From a virus: a DNA stretch of 64,000 bases. Shown piece by piece: positions 8,901 through 17,800 of this stretch. The notes beneath the pieces were generated by a model, which saw only the letters and a list, made by a program, of their open reading frames with translations, ran no database searches and was not told the origin of the DNA. The translations under genes and the position numbers were made by a program. The stretch lies in the IMG/VR virus record IMGVR_UViG_3300047408_000076, positions 1,071 to 65,070 of that record. One strand, given 5' to 3'. Numbering within the stretch: position 1 is the stretch's first letter; each line of letters starts with the position of its first letter.

Positions 8901-11096
8901 ATCACTTCCGTAGGTGGATTTTTCAAAGACCTCGGCAGCTCGCTGGGTATTTTTGGAAAGCTTGTAGGAACCGAGACTGGAGCAGCCTGGGATAGCTTCG
9001 TCACGGCTGCCGAAAGAGCATTTGCCACCGTCAATTCTTCCGTTGGTGGGTTTTTCACCGAACTCGGCAATTCACTTGGGATATTCACTAAACTTGTAGG
9101 ACAACAGTTCGACGACCTCGGCGCGTCAATCAAGAAGTGGTCGTCTGACATCGGTTTGACCGCCCTGTTCCAGAGCATTAGCGATGGAGCGGGGAAAATG
9201 GCGACCTCTGTCAGCAACTGGTTTGGCGATATCGGCACGTCGTTCACCAAGCTTGCTACTGATATCGGTGCCGTCGATCTCTGGTCGAATTTTGTCGCTT
9301 CCGCGAAAAAGGCGGAGAGCGATGTTCGAGGCGTTCTGGCCCAGATTGCCGGTGGGCTTGCAGTAGTCTTCGGCGCGAGCCCCCAGACTGGCGCGGCAAT
9401 CCGGGACTGGGTTAACGGACTGGAGAGCGTTACGACGGCGGCCAAGAATGCTGGAACCGCCACCGTCGATGCCGGTAAATCAACCGTTGATGCGGCCAAG
9501 AGCGCTGCTGCTGCCAACGCTGCTGTAGCTGAATCGCTCAGGCAGTTGTGGCAGAACGGATCGCTTTCCCTTGATCAGTACAGGGCCAAGCTACAAGCAC
9601 TGAACGCGGTGAAGCCGACGATCACAGCCGATCAGTACAGGCAGCAATGGCAGGATGGCATTATTTCTCTCGACCAGTACAGGAGCAAACTGGAGGCGTT
9701 AAATTCGGTCAAGCCACCGGCCTCTAAAGACCTCTACAATATGTGGCAGGACGGCATAATTTCCCTGGAACAATACAGGAGCAAGCTAGAGCAATTGTGG
9801 TCAATGCAGCCCGGCGGCGTGACTGCTGATGAGCTGCGTTATTTGTGGAAGACGGGACTGATTTCCCTGGACGAGTATAAGAGCAAGCTGGACGAGCTAG
9901 AGAAAGGTGCAGCTACATTTGGCACATCAGCGCAGCAGGCCGCGCAAAAGGGTGCCGATGGAATCAAGAATCTGGGCGATACTGCCAAACAGGCATCCGA
10001 TTCTGTCAAGAAAATAGGTGACAGCGCTGGACAGGGTGTCCAACAGATTGATCCGGCCATTGCCGACCTCAAAGCAAAAGTTCTCGATCTCCAAACACAG
10101 ATTCAAAAGCTTTCACAGGCACCGAAGATACCGACTCCAACTTATGATTTGAGTCCGCTCATTACCGCCGCCCAAAAAGGGGCGAAGGATGTCGAGAAAA
10201 TATTCAGTGACATCAAGCTTACCCTCAAGGGCTCGATAGATTTTAGCGCCGTCACCGACGCTGCGGACAAGGCGGCGCGCGACATCGAGAAGACTTTCAG
10301 CGGCATGACACTGACGTTCTCTGGGTCGGTCGACTTCAGCAGCGTCGTCACCGCAGCGCAAAACGCATTCAGCAATATACATTTGGCTGCGCCATCGATC
10401 GATTTCTCAAGCGTCATAACGAGCGCGCAGGCCACTGCTGACGCGGTCCAGCAGATTTTCCAAGCTCTACAGCAGCTCGCGGCTGTTGATTTGAGTTCTG
10501 TCATCGCCAGTTTGCAAGCTTTCTTGTCGGCGGTGCAGCAGATTGCGGCTGTGGATTTTGGCGGTCTGATCAGCGGAATCAACAACGCCACCACGGCATT
10601 CAATGCTATGGCCGAGGCGGCGAACAATGCGGCGGCGGCGGCGAATGCTGCTGCGTCGGCAGCAGCGAATGCGGCAGCAGCAGGAGCTGGAAGCTTTGCG
10701 CGTGGCGGCCTATTCCGGGGTCGCGCTGGCATCGACACCAATCTGGCATGGCTGAGCGACTACGAGTTCATCATGCGGCCAGAGGCGGTGATGCGCTACG
10801 GTGTGAACTTCATGCACATGATCAACAGCCTGCAATTCCCGTTTCAGGGGTTCCGCGAGGGCGGGTTGTTCCATCCTGGTGCCATGGTCATCCCGTCGTT
10901 CCAGGCTGGAGGAATCAATCAGGGTGGGGGTGGGAGAGGATCGAGCCCGGCGAGCATGCGGCCCTTGAATCTAACGATTGCCGGTGAGACGTTTGGCGGT
11001 CTGCTCGCACCGGAGGGGACTGCGAAGGCACTGGAGCGGGCGGCGATCGGCAGACAGGTCAGCTCCACCGGAACCCGGCCGCGCTGGAATAAGTAG
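5955..11096 (+). CDS. Tape measure protein
   Basis: 1713 aa Ala-rich helical ORF after the chaperone; W/F periodic repeats; C-terminal FARGG...LAWLSDYEFIMRPEAV motif. Confidence 0.9.
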   Translation: MADDDIVQRIKITAEGGDQVAEQYQIAGDAAEKAAEQITKAGESGGDGFTQAGEAAAQAADDLAKLGDAAQQLQDKIAESTDSFGKVSDSISNAAEAAQKFSDSTDQLQAAGTAFDDLAAKSDDAGKAIAQASEGLAQSGEAADAAATGVDKVGEAASGAAEGIAKVGDAADQMSGKLDVIGQAEQSFSTAAESAKTLTDELTASNAAASDFDATFKQITDDCEAVHSCFADLGANADAAAQAFDHVAQESERAVEDIQKIADVTAAAAGGLDKLAQSAGAAGDAAQGITISINNSGQAVQDSTQFWASYVLEQEKVAVQAAQTGVAAGELAAKVREFPLEAIKAAAAAAAAVAALTLAIVEAGKLLQSLFSGPSISQQADAFRQAQLEAQKTAAEIALLKAQTDSLSDGFKAANGSIQTHVETVAKIAPAAAAATAGTTQLGEAATLVVKQYADLSDAQKRINDAFTSSGIAGSKLYQTLTDLSSATGQSINTLQVGQQAFEHIGISASKFGDVVVNLKNQLKDLDPARALQDSANSIADATNKIADANLKVLESKRALLQAEIASQASGRASFDQQLQLAELNRQIADQTKGQAAVVREVEAAHRAVQDAVNAAADAQAAKAKLVATSLGTVVEQINKIIAGQKDIKFDEATTAATKIKAVQVALAEIGQTAGKTGADVVQALVQIIATTKNLDDALAIGKQFGFDDAQVKAIRDYGIQVNTAADAVARIPNLFQKIREGGVAIGPEAAAGFDKIKDSIGNIDSASQRLKTAWTNLFPTKDMEDFNTKSVEMTNKIADHIAYVNNLKAAFIGAGASAVEMADAVVQASAKIGTNLASGQFWEVLGGKIGEAAGKFATFFSEVGSSTATMGSDFGKVFTDMVAAAKRFADQSGFTEFRAKAQEDTEAVNQYFYKLWADILSSSKGFFAQLGDSLTTFAKLTGISDAWEAIKAKSKESADASAAYWARPGMWSAFIATAESAITSVGGFFKDLGSSLGIFGKLVGTETGAAWDSFVTAAERAFATVNSSVGGFFTELGNSLGIFTKLVGQQFDDLGASIKKWSSDIGLTALFQSISDGAGKMATSVSNWFGDIGTSFTKLATDIGAVDLWSNFVASAKKAESDVRGVLAQIAGGLAVVFGASPQTGAAIRDWVNGLESVTTAAKNAGTATVDAGKSTVDAAKSAAAANAAVAESLRQLWQNGSLSLDQYRAKLQALNAVKPTITADQYRQQWQDGIISLDQYRSKLEALNSVKPPASKDLYNMWQDGIISLEQYRSKLEQLWSMQPGGVTADELRYLWKTGLISLDEYKSKLDELEKGAATFGTSAQQAAQKGADGIKNLGDTAKQASDSVKKIGDSAGQGVQQIDPAIADLKAKVLDLQTQIQKLSQAPKIPTPTYDLSPLITAAQKGAKDVEKIFSDIKLTLKGSIDFSAVTDAADKAARDIEKTFSGMTLTFSGSVDFSSVVTAAQNAFSNIHLAAPSIDFSSVITSAQATADAVQQIFQALQQLAAVDLSSVIASLQAFLSAVQQIAAVDFGGLISGINNATTAFNAMAEAANNAAAAANAAASAAANAAAAGAGSFARGGLFRGRAGIDTNLAWLSDYEFIMRPEAVMRYGVNFMHMINSLQFPFQGFREGGLFHPGAMVIPSFQAGGINQGGGGRGSSPASMRPLNLTIAGETFGGLLAPEGTAKALERAAIGRQVSSTGTRPRWNK

Positions 11097-11109
11097 GGAG
11101 GCATCACAA

Positions 11110-11322
11110 ATGCCGGAACCGCAAATGTCGCAACGCTATCAGGTCGTGGAGACGACTGATCTGCTGACTGGAACCAAGAGCTATCGCATTTACGATCGCA
11201 GTCCTGCCATCACCCCGCCACTGGCCTCTGGCTTTGCCACTAGGGAGGCGGCGGAGGCGCGACTGCAAGAGTTGGAGGCGGGGAATGTGATCGTTGCGAA
11301 GCTACTGGAGCAGAAGCGATGA
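11110..11322 (+). CDS. Small hypothetical protein (70 aa)
   Basis: SD GGAGG upstream of ATG 11110; stop overlaps the next start (ATGA). Confidence 0.55.
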   Translation: MPEPQMSQRYQVVETTDLLTGTKSYRIYDRSPAITPPLASGFATREAAEARLQELEAGNVIVAKLLEQKR

Positions 11323-11756
11323 ATTTGCCCCCGGAAGGTACGGTATTGGTGCTTTCGGTTGGCGGTGTGCCGCTTTACAGCGCGCGCGATCTCAGCCAGA
11401 CGCTGGAGCCGATCAAGGCGGCAGGCAATACGCGCCGCACCATCAACGGCATTCTGGTCGACCTCTCGGCCGACAAGTTCCACAAATACCAATCGACCAT
11501 CCAATGTGCCGATATCGAAGCGCCCGCGCTCGATGGGATATTTCCCGGCATGACGCTGACTGTCGATTGCGTGGCGGAACTGGTCTTTCAGACTGGAGGC
11601 ACACCATCGCGTCCGGTGGTCGCGGGTTCGGCCCGCACGGTCGGGGCCTACACCATCTATCGCCCGCGTCTCGACATGATGGTCACCGCCGTCACTCAGA
11701 GCATTTCCGAATACAGCCACGAAGTAAAATGGGACATGGCGCTGGAAGAGGTTTGA
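11319..11756 (+). CDS. Putative distal tail (Dit-like) protein
   Basis: 145 aa immediately after the tape measure region; positional inference. Confidence 0.5.
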   Translation: MNLPPEGTVLVLSVGGVPLYSARDLSQTLEPIKAAGNTRRTINGILVDLSADKFHKYQSTIQCADIEAPALDGIFPGMTLTVDCVAELVFQTGGTPSRPVVAGSARTVGAYTIYRPRLDMMVTAVTQSISEYSHEVKWDMALEEV

Positions 11757-11759
11757 ATC

Positions 11760-13682
11760 GTGGTCAACAGCTCATTCTATTTTGCTTGGGTGTCCAGCAC
11801 TGAGACGGCGTTTAATGCGAGCCATCTGCGCGAAGACGAACTGATTTTCTCTTTCGAGCTGAAGCACGACGAAGGCCAGTTCGCCGAACTGAGCTTGGAG
11901 ATCGCCAATCCGCATGTCGGGCTGCTCAATCCCAGCCGCCTGTTCTGGGCATGGTTCGCGTGGAGCGACGGCAGCAGTGTCCATCCACTGTTCTTCGGTC
12001 GATTGATCGCCATCCCGGACGATCTGTTCGCGGATGTCATCACGATCAAGCTTGTGGCCAAGCCGATCGATTATGCGGTGCGGCAGATGGCGCTGGCTAA
12101 TAGTTTGCGGGTGTTGCCGTTCTACGATCCGATATTCATCGACAGCAAGAAGCTCGACGATCCCAATGCTGTGCTGGAAGGTTATTCGGCGCTATGGCAT
12201 GTCGATCGGATTACGCATGCGGTGACGATCTCTGACATTATTGCGGGCGAGGATGGAATCGTTGAGTTCTCGCAGAACGATGCGTTTTACGACAACGTGA
12301 GCATGAAACTCGCCGGGGCTCCGCTGATGGTGTGCGAGATCGACGCCGAGGTCGATTGGACGCAGTGCGATCACACCGGAGTTATCGAGTTCAAAACTGT
12401 CAGCAATCTGGTTGGCGACGCCAATCTTGGCAACGGCTACAACGTATCGTCTGGCGTGGCGAGCGCCGCGACTGTGAGTGGAGGCAGCAGCGATCCTGGG
12501 CAGACCACCTACACATGGGATTATAGCAATCCAGGCGGAGCGCATACGGATGGCGAGATCATCGAGTCGGGCGGAACAATAACGGTTCCGTTCACTGGCG
12601 GATTTTTGACCAGCCAGAGCGTCTCTTTCACGCCAGCGGATAAAGAAACCGGAACCGGCGAATCATACAGCATCAGCCAGAGTTTCACGAGCACCAAGGA
12701 AGTACCTTCGGGCAGCAGTGCTAGTAGTTCGACACCGACCAACATGCAGGTTGCGACCGAGGTGCAGCAGGATCGCAAGGAGGTCATCCACGTTCGTGTG
12801 CTGGCCGATTTGCAGCCGGTGCTGACCGAGGCCGACGAGGGCGACAATATCAAGCAGCAGTTGTCGATGAACTCACGCGATGCGGTGGAGGCTGGCGCTG
12901 CTACGCCGTCAGATGGTGTCTATTTTCCAACGGCGCGCGGTCAGCAGAGCGTCGAGTATCTTTTGATGGTAGCGCGCGCGCATCTGCTGGCGGGCTCGCG
13001 CGTGGTTGCAGTTGGATGGGAATGTCCGTTCTCCAAGATTCTCGGCCTGAGCTGCCGCATGAACGCGACGATCGAGGACCCGCGTATTCCAGGCGGCGTC
13101 GCCTTGGGCAAGATCGTCACTTACGGCATGACCGGCAACGGCGACAGCGGCCAATTCCTTGGCAATGTCACCATCCACTGCGCCGTCGGAAACGGCAGCT
13201 CTATCGTTCTGGCGAACGGCACGCCCGACTATGTCGATGAAGGCTACGTCGACCCTGGTTATCAGCACTACAGCGGCAGGCTGGTGGCTGCGACAACCAA
13301 TGACATGGCGTTCGAGCCACTCGGCTACGAAGCGGTCGGCATTCAACTCCCGATCACTGCGGATCAGGTACTCGTTCGCCACGAGTTCTTCGATGCTGGT
13401 AGTGCGTCCAACGAGCTTTTGTCATCTGGCGCACAGCACTTGATGACCTTGAACGTCGGGCCGATTGGCGACGTGATTACCTCGCCTCCTGCCGATGCTG
13501 TGGCTGCTTCTAATTATAACTATCAATTTAATTCAGCGGTCAATAAAGGGATGAAGCCTAGTTGGCTGGAGCTTGAGTTCAAGCCGATTCAACAAATTTC
13601 CACCAATGTGGACTACGACGCCAGAGTGAGTCCGCTGGTAGTGCCGATGCAGATCAATCTAGCGGCTTCCTCAACTCCGTAA
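11760..13682 (+). CDS. Putative tail tip / baseplate hub (Tal-like) protein
   Basis: 640 aa, beta-rich; canonical position after the Dit-like gene. Confidence 0.55.
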   Translation: MVNSSFYFAWVSSTETAFNASHLREDELIFSFELKHDEGQFAELSLEIANPHVGLLNPSRLFWAWFAWSDGSSVHPLFFGRLIAIPDDLFADVITIKLVAKPIDYAVRQMALANSLRVLPFYDPIFIDSKKLDDPNAVLEGYSALWHVDRITHAVTISDIIAGEDGIVEFSQNDAFYDNVSMKLAGAPLMVCEIDAEVDWTQCDHTGVIEFKTVSNLVGDANLGNGYNVSSGVASAATVSGGSSDPGQTTYTWDYSNPGGAHTDGEIIESGGTITVPFTGGFLTSQSVSFTPADKETGTGESYSISQSFTSTKEVPSGSSASSSTPTNMQVATEVQQDRKEVIHVRVLADLQPVLTEADEGDNIKQQLSMNSRDAVEAGAATPSDGVYFPTARGQQSVEYLLMVARAHLLAGSRVVAVGWECPFSKILGLSCRMNATIEDPRIPGGVALGKIVTYGMTGNGDSGQFLGNVTIHCAVGNGSSIVLANGTPDYVDEGYVDPGYQHYSGRLVAATTNDMAFEPLGYEAVGIQLPITADQVLVRHEFFDAGSASNELLSSGAQHLMTLNVGPIGDVITSPPADAVAASNYNYQFNSAVNKGMKPSWLELEFKPIQQISTNVDYDARVSPLVVPMQINLAASSTP

Positions 13683-13700
13683 ATAAAAGGAAAACACTCT

Positions 13701-13973
13701 ATGCCTGACATGGAAAAGATCATCCGGCCTCATTTGCCAGCCAACATTGCGCCGACGGTAACTACATCAAAGTGCCAGACGGAAGCTCCAAACACGGTGG
13801 CAACTCTCGTGCAGGCTGCCAGTGGTGGCGGCACGACCACGAAGACGATCAATTCGCAGTGGGCTCATCACCACAAGAAATACATGACCAAGAAGGAGAA
13901 GGAGCAAACTTCTGGGAAAGACACTGGTGGCGAAGGTGTTGTTGGTGGGCAGGCCACCGATCAGCCGTCGTAG
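13701..13973 (+). CDS. Hypothetical protein
   Basis: 90 aa; SD AAGGA. Confidence 0.55.
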   Translation: MPDMEKIIRPHLPANIAPTVTTSKCQTEAPNTVATLVQAASGGGTTTKTINSQWAHHHKKYMTKKEKEQTSGKDTGGEGVVGGQATDQPS

Positions 13974-14000
13974 TCAACTGGCAGAAGCAAGGAGGCTCGC

Positions 14001-15005
14001 GTGATCCTATATCGCACCGCTGGTCCATGGGGACCCGGCACCGGAGCCAATCTGTCGGCCGCCCAGGTCGATGGTAATTTCTTTGATCTGGTTGGCCGAG
14101 TGCGATCTATTGAGCTGAATCCGGCTGAGCCGGTTCAGATCGCATCCTTCTATGCGGTTGGCAATCAGTTTTATATCGCTATGTCGGACGGCACGGTGCA
14201 GGGGCCGGTAACGCTGCCGACGGTGCGATGGTTCTTTCGTGGCAACTGGGCGTCTGGAGTTAGTTATTCGCGCGATGACGTGGTCACCGGCCCTGATGGC
14301 GCGACGACCTATCTGATCATGTGGCCGCATGTTTCTGCTTCCAGCTTCGATTCTGGTGCCAACGACGGGCAGGGGCACAACTATTATTCGGTTCTGATGA
14401 AAGCGCCTGCTGCCGTGATGCCAGCCGGCGGTGTTCCCGGTATGGTGCTGACTAAAAACTCGTTCAATAATTTTGACGTGATATGGGACCAGCCTTTGGC
14501 ACCTCCTGGTGGCGATGCTGGACAGGTGCTCAAGAAGGGCAGCGATGCCGATGGCGATACGGTTTGGAATTTTGTTCGCGTCGATGAGTTGCAAGACGTG
14601 GTGCTCGTTCCCCTGAATCACGGCGACTATCTGCGATGGGATAGCACGGTTTTTCGATGGGTCAACAATCCGGGCGCGGTGTTGGCCGTTTACCGGGAAT
14701 CGTCGTGGGCTCCAGTGTTGGGCGATGGCGGCGCGTTCATGGTGCTGGTCAACGGCACTGCCGACACGACGGTGTTTATTCCGCCTGATGACGAGCAGAA
14801 CTTTCCGATCGGCACCGAGCTAACCGTGCATCAGGATGGCACAGGCAAGGTCACAATTGTCGGCGACAGCAGCCCAACAGTTCCCGTGACGATTCTCAAG
14901 CACGCTAGTTTCTCAAATCAACTTCTCGGGCAGTACGCCACAGCTACAGTGAAGAAGACCGGCGTCAACGAGTGGCGTTTATTTGGTCTATTGGCAGGAG
15001 CGTAA
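14001..15005 (+). CDS. Putative tail fibre / tail-associated structural protein
   Basis: N-terminal LSAAQVDGNFFDL anchor-like motif, carbohydrate-binding-like middle, GG..GQVL.K repeats, C-terminal ATATVKK..VNEWRLFG.L. Confidence 0.55.
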   Translation: MILYRTAGPWGPGTGANLSAAQVDGNFFDLVGRVRSIELNPAEPVQIASFYAVGNQFYIAMSDGTVQGPVTLPTVRWFFRGNWASGVSYSRDDVVTGPDGATTYLIMWPHVSASSFDSGANDGQGHNYYSVLMKAPAAVMPAGGVPGMVLTKNSFNNFDVIWDQPLAPPGGDAGQVLKKGSDADGDTVWNFVRVDELQDVVLVPLNHGDYLRWDSTVFRWVNNPGAVLAVYRESSWAPVLGDGGAFMVLVNGTADTTVFIPPDDEQNFPIGTELTVHQDGTGKVTIVGDSSPTVPVTILKHASFSNQLLGQYATATVKKTGVNEWRLFGLLAGA

Positions 15006-15008
15006 ACG

Positions 15009-15788
15009 ATGGCGACTACACAAGAGAAGCGCAGGACGACTGAGATCAAGAGGGTTTACGACTCCACCGGAAAATATTGGGTGGACGTTGAGGTTCTAAC
15101 AAATGCTTCGTTCGATGGCAGGCAATGGGAAGGACCAGATAAAGGCAACACAAGGCAGGAGACAATTCTGAGTCTCAAGCAGAAACTTTCGAAAGACGGT
15201 TCCAGTGGCGATGTCTTGTCGTTGGGATTAAATCCAGACAACCCGCTAATCGGACAGCCGCGAGGAGGTGTCCACGGCCCCAGGATAGAAGTCAAAGTTC
15301 CGGCAAGGGCTGTGGCTTCGCTTAAGGCCAGGAATAACGTCGATAGACAATTCAACAACACGAAGCGAACCAAGGATGCTGACACGCTCTCTGCTTGCGG
15401 CCAGATGAAACAGCGCATCAGCTTCAACGACATTGCCGACAGGTTTTTGACACAAGGCGGCGATGATCAAGGAAAGCAGCCGCCCACGAAACCAAAGGAC
15501 TACAAAAAGGCTGTCAGTGACACCGATGATGGCGCTAATCTCTGGGTCGATATTTGTATTCCTAGGGACCCCCCGTTCAGCCGAGCGCGCGGGTTTTGGC
15601 AGCAAACAATCAAATTTCAGAATATCTGGCAAGGCGGCAAAGTCGATCTTCCTGGGGCCGCTGACAATACAAGTAAGAATGGGCCGCATTTCAAGCTCGA
15701 TCTTTACCAAGTTCCGATCAATTTCGGCCCCGATACGCTCGCTGTCGAGTTTCACGACGGCGCTGGGCCTGCAAACAACACGAAGTGA
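15009..15788 (+). CDS. Hypothetical protein in tail accessory cluster
   Basis: 259 aa, tightly packed in the operon. Confidence 0.55.
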   Translation: MATTQEKRRTTEIKRVYDSTGKYWVDVEVLTNASFDGRQWEGPDKGNTRQETILSLKQKLSKDGSSGDVLSLGLNPDNPLIGQPRGGVHGPRIEVKVPARAVASLKARNNVDRQFNNTKRTKDADTLSACGQMKQRISFNDIADRFLTQGGDDQGKQPPTKPKDYKKAVSDTDDGANLWVDICIPRDPPFSRARGFWQQTIKFQNIWQGGKVDLPGAADNTSKNGPHFKLDLYQVPINFGPDTLAVEFHDGAGPANNTK

Positions 15789-17800
15789 GCCACATGAGTT
15801 ATCTGGAGGAAGGGGCGGCAGCGGCAGCAGCAGCGGCGGCAGCAGCGGGTGCGACACCAGCGCCACCAATGCCATCGGGCGGTGATGCCGGTGAGAAGCT
15901 CATCAATCAGGCGATTATATCGTTCTGGTTCAAGACCAGCAGCAACCAGGGGCCGGAGGACAAGTGGAATAAAGATTGGTTTCCAAAGCACATCGAGACC
16001 GTTCTTGGTCCCAACCAAATGAGCGCTGCGGGCGGATCGTATTACTTGGTAATCCCGCAGCAGTTCATTCAGCCGCATCTGTGGACGTGGCCTCCTGGTC
16101 CAGAGTTTTTTGGGGAAGCGGCTGGCACGACTTTCAAGGACAATATGGTCCCGTTTATTTCCTGGGGCGATCCGAAGCAGAGCTACAAGCGCGTGGAGTG
16201 GAAGATCAAGGTATTGCGTACCGATTATTGGGCTTTCCTTCCTGGCCGAGGCAGCACATATGGCGAGTTTGTCGGACAGTATCCAGGAGAACCGGGCGGC
16301 GGAGATGCGGGAGGAGATGGTGGATCAAGCACGCCTGCTCCCGCTCTTGCGCCAGCTCCGAGAGATAGTGGCCCGACCGTCACCCCAGCGCCCGGTTCCG
16401 ATGCTGGATCACCTCCAGGCGGTGGTGGTGAGTTGGGCGTCGTTCCGCCATCCTGCATCGGAGTGTATAAGGGCAAGCTACGGATTATTTTGCAGACCAG
16501 CTCCAGGGCGAAATACAGAGGCTATGCCTGGGCGATGGGCAAGGCGAAGGCGGTTCATATCAAGACGCCGCTCACGCCTTTCGGCGGCGGCATCGTGATG
16601 GGATACCGGGATTTCAGTGACCTATCTCCAGTATACATCGGCAATGCGATCTATTACGACGATGTTTCAGGTCTGGAGTTCAATCAACATCCCGAAACCT
16701 TCATCATGGACCCAGATGTCTATGTCGCCGACGACCAGTGGCATCACATCCTGTTGTCGTGGGATATGGGTGGTGGAGGTGGAGCGGGTGGCGGCAACGG
16801 CGGGACAGGCGGAGGTGGCGGCGGAGCCGGCGGCAGTGGCACTGCGATCACCGTTGAAGCGACGGGGCCAGACGCTGGGCCGCCGTTGCCCGGAACGTGG
16901 GGGCAGTATTCCGGCATCGACGGTCCAAATGCGCTCGCGCCAGCCCGTTACATGCTTACACCAGAAGGGCCGAATGGCACGTACAGCTATGCGCAACAGG
17001 CTGCCTACGGGGCTCCGTTCGAGGATAACGGCCTCGGGTCTGGGCCGACCGACGGCGCTAAGATCGACAGCATATGCAAAGCATGGCTGGTCGTGGATGG
17101 GAATGTCATGAAGGGGAGGGATTTACATTTCGCCCAGGTTTGGGATGCTGTGAAACAGCGCAAGGATGCCTTCGGCAACGATCTCAATATCGATCTCGGT
17201 GATCTTGAAGACGGCAACGCGATCGTGCCTGTGAGCGCCTTGATAGCGCTCACTGCCGATCCGAGGCTTCAACTTACAACAAATCAGACCGGATGGGAGC
17301 GTGACTACAGAACTCTTCTTGGTGGCTTCACCGGACCAGAAGCCATTATTGACGTGACCGACGAGAAGCGTCGCTTCACCTACGACACACCGAAATACGA
17401 GCTGGAAGAAGTGACGCTACCGCGCGGCAATTTCTCGATTCCTGCTGGCACGCTCTGGGACCCGGATGGCAAGGACACCAAATGGAATCTTGACTGCAAG
17501 TTAGCTGAGCTACAAATCTGGACAGGCAAGGCGCAGGACATAACGAAATCGAGCATAATCGAGTTGTTCAACAAGAATGGAAATCCAGTGCCGCCATACG
17601 AGGCGGAGCAGGTACTAGGTAAGCCCAACATCAAGATGCATTTTGCTTCCAACTGGAAGACGGGTAACAACACCGGCAGTGACGGATATCGAACCGTCGG
17701 CGATGGTCAGGTTAAAAAGAAGCAAAAGCTTCCCGCAGGACAGATGACGCCGACTGGAACGATCGATCGTTACGATCCCGATCTTGGAAGCGATCAATGA
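15785..17800 (+). CDS. LamG/concanavalin-like domain virion protein with Gly/Pro-rich linkers
   Basis: ISFWFK, DDQWHHILLSWD and LAELQIWTG motifs typical of LamG-like jelly-rolls. Confidence 0.6.
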   Translation: MSHMSYLEEGAAAAAAAAAAAGATPAPPMPSGGDAGEKLINQAIISFWFKTSSNQGPEDKWNKDWFPKHIETVLGPNQMSAAGGSYYLVIPQQFIQPHLWTWPPGPEFFGEAAGTTFKDNMVPFISWGDPKQSYKRVEWKIKVLRTDYWAFLPGRGSTYGEFVGQYPGEPGGGDAGGDGGSSTPAPALAPAPRDSGPTVTPAPGSDAGSPPGGGGELGVVPPSCIGVYKGKLRIILQTSSRAKYRGYAWAMGKAKAVHIKTPLTPFGGGIVMGYRDFSDLSPVYIGNAIYYDDVSGLEFNQHPETFIMDPDVYVADDQWHHILLSWDMGGGGGAGGGNGGTGGGGGGAGGSGTAITVEATGPDAGPPLPGTWGQYSGIDGPNALAPARYMLTPEGPNGTYSYAQQAAYGAPFEDNGLGSGPTDGAKIDSICKAWLVVDGNVMKGRDLHFAQVWDAVKQRKDAFGNDLNIDLGDLEDGNAIVPVSALIALTADPRLQLTTNQTGWERDYRTLLGGFTGPEAIIDVTDEKRRFTYDTPKYELEEVTLPRGNFSIPAGTLWDPDGKDTKWNLDCKLAELQIWTGKAQDITKSSIIELFNKNGNPVPPYEAEQVLGKPNIKMHFASNWKTGNNTGSDGYRTVGDGQVKKKQKLPAGQMTPTGTIDRYDPDLGSDQ

